43,456 nucleotides of DNA from Bacteroidales bacterium (GTDB taxonomy: Bacteria > Bacteroidota > Bacteroidia > Bacteroidales > JBKEBB01): positions 1-43,456 of the forward strand of contig JBKEBB010000041.1 in the NCBI GenBank assembly GCA_047972845.1, written 5' to 3'. Shown here piece by piece: positions 36,852 to 43,456 of the stretch (position 1 is its first letter; each line of letters opens with the position of its first letter). The position numbers and the translations under genes are program-made. The notes under the pieces were generated by a model. It did not search any database. It worked only from the letters and a program-made list of their open reading frames with translations, and was not told the DNA's origin.

Positions 36852-36900
36852 GCGATCCATTCAACCTCGGAGAATCCATATGACCCTCCGAAAGGATCGC
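36852..36900 (+). other. Nested imperfect hairpin between smpB and metH (possible weak terminator)
   Basis: Outer stem GCGATCC/GGATCGC (36852-58 / 36894-900) and inner stem TCGGAG/CTCCGA (36867-72 / 36886-91). A T5 run appears only ~20 nt downstream. Confidence 0.3.
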
Positions 36901-36971
36901 ATACTTAGGGATATTTTTCCCGAAAATAGCATACACACATTTCTTTCCGTTCACTCTTCATACCTAAACCT

Positions 36972-39900
36972 ATGAATTCCATTCTACAAAACCGGATATT
37001 AATTTTGGACGGTGCGATGGGCACCATGATTCAACGATACAATCTCACGGAATCGGATTATCGTGGAAATCTCTCGTTGGAAGAATATCGTCAATATAGG
37101 GGCAATAGCGATATGCTTTGCCTTACGCGTCCCGATGTAATTGAAGAAATACACCGTCAATATCTTGAGGCAGGAGCCGATATTATCGAGACTTGCTCGT
37201 TCAGTGCCACCACAATATCGATGCACGATTACGGAATGGAGGGTTTTGTCAGGGAAATAAACTTGGCCGCGGCTCAACTTGCACGGAAAGCTGCCGATGA
37301 GTTTACTCGATTGAATCCGGAGAAACCGAGATTTGTAGCCGGATCAATAGGCCCAACCAACCGAACTTGCTCTATCTCTCCCGATGTGAACGACCCATCC
37401 AAGCGAAGCATCACCTACGACCAGCTGCACGCAGCCTATCTGGAGCAGATGACAGCATTAATAGACGGGGGAGTAGATGCATTCTTGATTGAGACAGTGT
37501 TTGACACCCTGAATGCCAAAGCGGCACTCGACGCGGCACTGACAGCGATGGAAAATACAGGAAGGGAAGTTCCGCTGATGCTTTCGGTGACTCTTGCCGG
37601 AAAAGCAGGACGCACCCTGTCGGGACAAACCATCGGAGCTCTGCTGGCATCGGTTGCACACGTTCCTCTGCTGAGCATCGGACTCAACTGCTCATTCGGT
37701 GCCCGAGAGATGAAACCATTTCTTCGTGAACTATCCGAAAGAGCCACTTGCTATGTAAGCGCTTACCCAAATGCCGGCTTGCCGAATGAATTGGGACAAT
37801 ATACGGAGACTGCGAACGAGATGATTGTTCAGGTAAAAGAGTTTCTGGACGAAGGTTTGGTAAATATAATAGGCGGCTGTTGCGGAACAACCCCCGAACA
37901 CATTGCCGCATACAACAAAATTATCGGCAACGTGACCATTCGCAAACCGGCCGAGAAGGTAGATGCACTGCAACTATCGGGATTGGAAGAGCTGATCGTC
38001 AGACCCGAGAATAACTTTCTGAATATCGGCGAGCGTTGTAACGTTGCGGGATCGAGAAAGTTTCTACGACTCATCAAAGAAAAGAAATATGAAGAAGCGG
38101 CAGCTATTGCCCGCCAACAAGTAGAAGACGGGGCTCAGGTGATAGACATCAATATGGACGACGGACTGCTTGAGGTCGAACAAGAGATGACCACGTTTCT
38201 GAATATCCTTATGACAGAACCGGATATTTCCCGTGTTCCGATCATGATCGACTCCTCCAACTTCGAAGCAATTGAAGCGGGTCTGAAGTGTGTTCAAGGA
38301 AAAAGCATTGTCAACTCCATCTCTCTCAAAGAAGGCGAAGCCGTTTTTCTGGAACGAGCCGAACGGGTAAGACGCTTGGGGGCTGCTGTTGTGGTGATGG
38401 CATTCGATGAAGAGGGACAAGCCGCTACATTCGACCGTCGGATTGAAGTATGTAGCCGTGCTTACCGACTGCTTATCGATAAGCTGAACTACAATCCACA
38501 CGATATAATATTCGACCCCAACATTCTCTCCATCGCAACCGGAATGGAAGAACATCGCAATTATGCGGTCGATTTCATTCATACGGTTGAATGGATCAAA
38601 ACCAACCTACCCCACGCACGGATCATAGGTGGGGTGAGTAACCTCTCGTTCGCCTTGCGGGGAAACAACTACATGCGCGAGGTGATACACTCCGTTTTTC
38701 TCTATCACGCCATTCGTGCGGGATTAGACATGGGAATTGTCAATCCCGCTGAGTCGGTTATCTATGAAGAGATTCCTGCCGATTTGTTGGAAATCGTTGA
38801 AGATGTGATCCTCAACCGAAGGGATGACGCCACCGAACGAATATTGGAAGTAGTAATGGAAAACCTCCATTCCACAGGAGGAAAACAAACTATAGGAAAT
38901 AACTGGCGGGAAGAGTCGCTCGAAGAACGCCTACGCCACGCCTTGGTAAAGGGAATCTCCGATCATTTGAACGAAGACCTTCATGAAGCACTGAACGTAC
39001 CCCACTCTCCACTAGATATTATCGACCAATACTTGATGCCTGCCATTAACTATGTGGGAAATCTTTTCGGCGAAGGAAAGATGTTTTTGCCGCAAGTGGT
39101 GAAAACGGCACGCACGATGAAGAATGCCGTCGCTATACTTCAACCCTACATCGAAGCAAGCGGAGTTGATACCGACAAAGCGGATAAGAAAAAAGTACTT
39201 ATGGCAACTGTGAAAGGAGACGTTCACGACATCGGAAAGAACATTGTAGGCGTTATCTTGGCTTGCAACGGATTCGAAGTGGTGGATCTGGGAGTGATGG
39301 TTCCTGCCGATCGGATTATTGAAGAGGCCGTTTCGCACAAAGTAGATGTTGTAGGACTGAGTGGACTGATCACCCCTTCGCTCGAAGAGATGCGCAAAGT
39401 GGCCGAAGCCATTCAACATGCCGGATTCAACATCCCGTTGCTGATTGGAGGAGCCGCGACCTCACCTCTACATACCGCGCTTAAGATTGCTCCGTCATAC
39501 GAGGGAACGACAATACACGTGAAAGATGCCGCGGTGGCTCCGTCGGTACTCAACCGACTGTTTCATCCGACAGACGGAATCACCGCGCGATTGGAAGCAA
39601 AGGAAGAAAACAAACGTTTGGTTGAAGAGTATATCCCTAAAAAACTGATATCCGCGGAGGAAGCATTAGCGAATAGGAGAAGAATTGACTGGGCGAATTA
39701 CACCCCCTTTGTGCCTCCATATAAAGGAACGCAGGTTCAACGGGTTGAATTGATCAAGTTGATCCCGCTCATCAATTGGAGGATATTCCTCAATCTGTGG
39801 AAACTCAACGCGCGTTTCGCCTCAGTCTTTACGCTTCACGATTGTCCATCGTGCCGAGCAAAATGGTTGCTTGAAATACCGGAAAGCGACCGACCCAAGG

Positions 39901-40487
39901 CAAAAGAAGCTCTACAACTTTATATTGATACACAACAACTGTTGAACGAAGGAATCAGAAACAACGCCACCGTCGATCTGCTCATCGGATTCTTTGATGC
40001 GGTAGGAACGGAAGATTCAATCGTGCTAACAGACAGTAACGGCGAATCGGTGGTACTACCCACTCCTCGCCAACAGGTAGAAAAGCAGGAGGGAAGACCG
40101 AAAGAGTATCTCTCGTTGTGCGACTTCATCGCTCCCGAGAATGACTGTGTGGGGATCTTTGCCACCTCTATCGGTCAAGTTTGGAGAGATATGATGGAAA
40201 AAGAGACTGACGACTATCGTAAGCTACTAATGCAAGCGCTTGCCGACAGACTTGCCGAAGCAGGAGCGGAATATATGCAGGCAATAACCATAGGCAAAGA
40301 GGGCGGCATTCGTCCGGCCGTAGGTTATCCTTCGCTTCCCGACCAGCAGTTCATCTTTATAATGGACAAAGTAGCGAATCTTTCACAAATAGGTATTGAG
40401 TTGACTGAAAACGGGGCTATGTATCCTACCGCGTCCGTTTCAGGACTTGTTATAGCCAACCAACAAAGTAGATACTTCGCTATTTAA
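36972..40487 (+). CDS. metH: Cobalamin-dependent methionine synthase (full length, four modules)
   Basis: Hcy-binding module (LILDGAMGTMIQ ... GGCCGTTPEHI), pterin-binding module, B12-binding DxHDxG (GDVHDIGKNIV), and the AdoMet activation domain (GIRPAVGYPSLPD ... MYPTASVSGL). Confidence 0.95.
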   Translation: MNSILQNRILILDGAMGTMIQRYNLTESDYRGNLSLEEYRQYRGNSDMLCLTRPDVIEEIHRQYLEAGADIIETCSFSATTISMHDYGMEGFVREINLAAAQLARKAADEFTRLNPEKPRFVAGSIGPTNRTCSISPDVNDPSKRSITYDQLHAAYLEQMTALIDGGVDAFLIETVFDTLNAKAALDAALTAMENTGREVPLMLSVTLAGKAGRTLSGQTIGALLASVAHVPLLSIGLNCSFGAREMKPFLRELSERATCYVSAYPNAGLPNELGQYTETANEMIVQVKEFLDEGLVNIIGGCCGTTPEHIAAYNKIIGNVTIRKPAEKVDALQLSGLEELIVRPENNFLNIGERCNVAGSRKFLRLIKEKKYEEAAAIARQQVEDGAQVIDINMDDGLLEVEQEMTTFLNILMTEPDISRVPIMIDSSNFEAIEAGLKCVQGKSIVNSISLKEGEAVFLERAERVRRLGAAVVVMAFDEEGQAATFDRRIEVCSRAYRLLIDKLNYNPHDIIFDPNILSIATGMEEHRNYAVDFIHTVEWIKTNLPHARIIGGVSNLSFALRGNNYMREVIHSVFLYHAIRAGLDMGIVNPAESVIYEEIPADLLEIVEDVILNRRDDATERILEVVMENLHSTGGKQTIGNNWREESLEERLRHALVKGISDHLNEDLHEALNVPHSPLDIIDQYLMPAINYVGNLFGEGKMFLPQVVKTARTMKNAVAILQPYIEASGVDTDKADKKKVLMATVKGDVHDIGKNIVGVILACNGFEVVDLGVMVPADRIIEEAVSHKVDVVGLSGLITPSLEEMRKVAEAIQHAGFNIPLLIGGAATSPLHTALKIAPSYEGTTIHVKDAAVAPSVLNRLFHPTDGITARLEAKEENKRLVEEYIPKKLISAEEALANRRRIDWANYTPFVPPYKGTQVQRVELIKLIPLINWRIFLNLWKLNARFASVFTLHDCPSCRAKWLLEIPESDRPKAKEALQLYIDTQQLLNEGIRNNATVDLLIGFFDAVGTEDSIVLTDSNGESVVLPTPRQQVEKQEGRPKEYLSLCDFIAPENDCVGIFATSIGQVWRDMMEKETDDYRKLLMQALADRLAEAGAEYMQAITIGKEGGIRPAVGYPSLPDQQFIFIMDKVANLSQIGIELTENGAMYPTASVSGLVIANQQSRYFAI

Positions 40488-40545
40488 ACAGTAATTAAGT
40501 ATAAAAATATTCTCTAAGAAGAGATAATATCTCTCAATCCTTCTC

Positions 40546-40600
40546 TCTCCACACAACGGACTTGGTTTTATGCCGAAACTGTTGTGTGGAGATTTTTTTT
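40546..40600 (+). terminator. Intrinsic terminator of metH
   Basis: 12-bp stem TCTCCACACAAC / GTTGTGTGGAGA with a 23-nt loop, followed by eight T. Confidence 0.75.
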
Positions 40601-40877
40601 ACCTCGAATACGTATATTGATCATGAATCAAGATAGATCAACATGTATGAGAGACGACGAAAAAGATAAAAGGAACGTTTTGAATGAATATTCGTCTATT
40701 GATTGAATAATAATACCATCATTCGCATTGAGTGTCTAGCTGCTTAAGTAAGTCCGCTCGCAATAAGAAAAGCAATTATTCACCTATTTCACAATGAAAT
40801 AAAGACACTAAAGATAAAATAGATGTTAAAACACAGGCCGTAGTTAGTGTAATGTTTTTTTCACTCGATAGTTTTGT

Positions 40878-40885
40878 TAAATTTG
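40878..40885 (+). promoter_or_regulatory. -7 promoter box TAAATTTG upstream of the sensor kinase gene
   Basis: Perfect TAnnTTTG, 152 nt upstream of the ATG at 41037. It implies a long leader. Confidence 0.4.
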
Positions 40886-41036
40886 CATGCCGATGTTAAT
40901 GGTTTGACCGTTCCGAATCCTTTATTTTCATTAAACAATTTCATGTGATTAAACGTTTTTATGGAAAACGCGTCAAATAAGGGTAGGATTGTCAAATCCT
41001 GTTTCATCAGCTTTATGATATCACAAAAAAAGTAAG

Positions 41037-42590
41037 ATGAAGAAATCCATAATTTGGCTAATAACGATCGTAATGGGGTTAACCTTCTTAGGGTTATTGG
41101 TGGTGCAGATCACCTACCTCACAACAATGGTTTCAATGCGCCGCGAGCAATTCAAGGAGGCCGTCAACAGGAGTCTTTATCAGGTTTCGAAGACATTGGA
41201 ACAAGACGACACCCGCAAGTATCTCGAACAAGAGATTACAGACGCTGACAAGAATCTGTTTTCGATTAACAACAATAAACAGACTGTTCAGCAGATTATT
41301 AGAAGACAAGGAGGAGCCACTCGCTATCCGGATGGCACCTATTCTGTTTACGACTATCAGGAGATGACGATGGAGACAACCACTCCCAAGCGCGTTTCCA
41401 TCTCCGAGAAGCAGGGAAAGAATTCAATTTCCAAAACTTCACAAGAGATACAAAGAGAGTTGAGAGAAAGATACATTTATCAGAAAGAGATCTTTGACTA
41501 TGTAGTGCTCGACATGCTGCAACAGACCGCAAATCCAAAGCCTATTAATGAACGAATCGACTTCAAAAAACTGAATGAATACATCAAGGCGGAATTAAAC
41601 AACAATGGCCTTGACATGCCGTTCCGGTTTGCTGTAGTAAATAAAGAAAACAATATTCTTTTTAGGGGAAATGGATATATCGAACCGTCTGATCCGGGAA
41701 ATAATTACATAACAGTTCTTTTCCGCAACGATCCTCCGTCAAGGTTGCATATTTTAAAAGTAAACTTCCCTACTGAGAGTAGTTATATTATGTCGGCCGT
41801 AAAGTTTATCGTCCCCTCGTTCATCTTTACGTTCGTTTTGTTGCTAACCTTTGCCCTGACAATCGTACTTGCATTTAGAGAAAAGAGACTTTCAGAGATG
41901 CGTACCGACTTTATAAACAACATGACTCACGAGTTCAAAACACCTATCTCAACCATCTCGCTTGCCGCTCAGATGCTGAAAGATCCGGTGGTTGGAAAGA
42001 GTGAAACCATGTTTAAGCACATATCGGGTGTAATTACCGATGAAACGAAGCGACTCAGTTTTCAGGTTGAAAAGGTATTGCAGATGTCCATGTTTGATCG
42101 TCAGCGAACCACTTTCAAATTGGTTGAGGTGGAGGTAAATGATCTGGTAGTGAATATCGCCTCAACCTTCAAACTGAAGGTTGAACAATTCGGAGGGTCC
42201 ATCAACCATCAACTAAAAGCAACCAACTCCATGGTAATGGCTGATGAAATGCACTTCACAAACGTAATCTTCAACCTGCTTGACAATGCGGTTAAGTACA
42301 AGAAACCGGACACTGCTCCGGAGTTGAAGATTAAAACGTGGAATGATAATGATCGACTCTATATCTCCATTCAAGACAATGGAATTGGAATTAGAAAAGA
42401 AAATCTGAAGAAAATATTCGATCGATTCTTCCGTGTCCACACCGGGAACATCCACAACGTAAAGGGATTCGGGTTAGGACTTGCCTATGTAAAACGGATT
42501 ATCGACGAACATAAAGGTACTATTCGCGCCGAAAGCGAACTGAATATTGGAACAAAATTTATAATATCTTTACCACTAATTAAAACGTAA
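41037..42590 (+). CDS. rprX: Sensor histidine kinase (RprX-like)
   Basis: Two TM segments flank a ~230-aa periplasmic region. H-box MTHEFKTPISTI, N-box LLDNAVKY, and G-boxes DNGIGI and GFGLGLA. The gene order with the downstream OmpR-type regulator matches the Bacteroides rprX-rprY arrangement. The symbol is tentative. Confidence 0.85.
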   Translation: MKKSIIWLITIVMGLTFLGLLVVQITYLTTMVSMRREQFKEAVNRSLYQVSKTLEQDDTRKYLEQEITDADKNLFSINNNKQTVQQIIRRQGGATRYPDGTYSVYDYQEMTMETTTPKRVSISEKQGKNSISKTSQEIQRELRERYIYQKEIFDYVVLDMLQQTANPKPINERIDFKKLNEYIKAELNNNGLDMPFRFAVVNKENNILFRGNGYIEPSDPGNNYITVLFRNDPPSRLHILKVNFPTESSYIMSAVKFIVPSFIFTFVLLLTFALTIVLAFREKRLSEMRTDFINNMTHEFKTPISTISLAAQMLKDPVVGKSETMFKHISGVITDETKRLSFQVEKVLQMSMFDRQRTTFKLVEVEVNDLVVNIASTFKLKVEQFGGSINHQLKATNSMVMADEMHFTNVIFNLLDNAVKYKKPDTAPELKIKTWNDNDRLYISIQDNGIGIRKENLKKIFDRFFRVHTGNIHNVKGFGLGLAYVKRIIDEHKGTIRAESELNIGTKFIISLPLIKT

Positions 42591-42595
42591 GAACT

Positions 42596-43297
42596 ATGGA
42601 AGAAAAGTTGCACATCCTGCTTTGCGAAGACGACGAAAATCTTGGCATGTTGTTGAGAGAATATCTTCAGGCAAAAGGATACGATGTTGATCTTTGCCCT
42701 GACGGTGAAGTGGGCTTCAAGGCTTTCCTGAAAGGAAAGTATGATTTTTGTGTACTTGACGTGATGATGCCGAAGAAAGACGGTTTATCACTGGCCAAGG
42801 AGATCCGCTCTGTTAATGGAGAAGTCCCTATTATTTTCTTGACTGCAAAATCGCTTAAAGAAGATATTTTGGAAGGCTTCAAGCTCGGTGCCGACGACTA
42901 TATCACCAAACCATTCAGCATGGAAGAGTTGATTTTCCGTATTGAAGCGATCCTTCGCCGCGTAAAAGGCAAGAAAGGTCGTGAGATTACTCAATACAAG
43001 ATCGGTAAATTCTCTTTCGACACTCAGAAACAGGTGTTGACCATTGGAGATAAAGTAACCAAGCTTACTACCAAAGAATCGGAGCTACTCAGCCTGTTGT
43101 GTTCACATGTGAACGAAATTCTTGAACGTAACTTCGCTTTGAAAACGATCTGGATTGACGACAACTATTTCAATGCACGAAGCATGGACGTTTACATCAC
43201 TAAACTTCGTAAGCACCTGAAAGACGATCCCGAAATCGAGATCATCAATATCCACGGAAAGGGATATAAACTGATCGCTCCCGAAATGGAAAAGTAA
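42596..43297 (+). CDS. rprY: OmpR/PhoB-family response regulator (RprY-like)
   Basis: Receiver domain (LLCEDDENL, phospho-acceptor in VLDVMMPKKDG, TAKS) and a winged-helix output (LTTKESELLSLL ... IHGKGYKL). It starts 5 nt after the kinase stop. The symbol is tentative. Confidence 0.88.
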   Translation: MEEKLHILLCEDDENLGMLLREYLQAKGYDVDLCPDGEVGFKAFLKGKYDFCVLDVMMPKKDGLSLAKEIRSVNGEVPIIFLTAKSLKEDILEGFKLGADDYITKPFSMEELIFRIEAILRRVKGKKGREITQYKIGKFSFDTQKQVLTIGDKVTKLTTKESELLSLLCSHVNEILERNFALKTIWIDDNYFNARSMDVYITKLRKHLKDDPEIEIINIHGKGYKLIAPEMEK

Positions 43298-43408
43298 TGA
43301 ATTGTTGTGGAGCATACACCCACGAACCATTCTATAAAAAAACGGTATATATGCCAAAAATGGTTGGTGAAATGTAGCTGAAACACCCGTACATACTTGA
43401 TTTCAGAG

Positions 43409-43442
43409 AAGTTTATTGAAATTCGTTTCAATAAACTTTTTT
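43409..43442 (+). terminator. Intrinsic terminator of the two-component operon
   Basis: Perfect 13-bp stem AAGTTTATTGAAA / TTTCAATAAACTT, TTCG loop, then a T-run. Confidence 0.8.
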
Positions 43443-43456
43443 GTTATGGGAAAAAT

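Noticed and set aside
40623-40706. 27-codon ORF (MNQDRSTCMRDDEKDKRNVLNEYSSID) in the metH-rprX gap
   Set aside because: No promoter box or ribosome-binding context, and the peptide is low-complexity. It is indistinguishable from chance.
1-43456. Search by eye for CRISPR arrays, IS or transposase genes, integrases, phage modules, toxin-antitoxin pairs, restriction-modification or other defence operons
   Set aside because: No regularly spaced direct repeats were seen. No ORF has transposase, integrase, phage or defence-type motifs that I can recognise. Gene content is overwhelmingly housekeeping.

Overview
The window reads as a core-chromosome segment of a Bacteroidota bacterium, probably Bacteroidales. 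Thirteen perfect TAnnTTTG (-7 type) promoter boxes sit at sensible distances upstream of genes and of both tRNAs. The gene content fits this phylum: an RprX/RprY-like two-component pair, exbB-exbD-tonB next to pdxJ, a Ser-type sulfatase and tandem rhomboids.

I call 36 complete CDSs, one truncated CDS at the left edge, and two tRNAs (Asn-GTT on the minus strand, Phe-GAA on the plus strand). Most genes are housekeeping:
- metG, glyQS, proS, metH, smpB, pdxJ and xseB
- a ugd plus UDP-xylose synthase pair
- a copA P-type ATPase
- an S41 protease, a PfkB kinase and an acyl-CoA synthetase

I found no CRISPR array, IS or transposase, integrase, prophage or recognisable defence operon, and no clearly novel multi-gene system.

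The items most worth a second look are local:
1. A DUF3127-type protein has SSB-like architecture (N-terminal domain, Pro/Gly-rich linker, C-terminal DDLPF tip) and is the last gene of an xseB / alkaline phosphatase operon.
2. An HMA(CxxC)-AraC fusion regulator lies directly upstream of copA and is a candidate one-component copper sensor.
3. A family of related palindromic TCAAAAGG-type repeats occupies three convergent intergenic regions.
4. An orphan two-TM protein sits in a visibly AT-richer islet next to one of those repeats.
5. A sulfatase carries S-S-V-S-R in place of the canonical (C/S)-x-P-x-R formylglycine motif.
6. A FemAB-family gene is present in what should be a diderm.

All family calls come from reading the translated ORFs. 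No database search was run.
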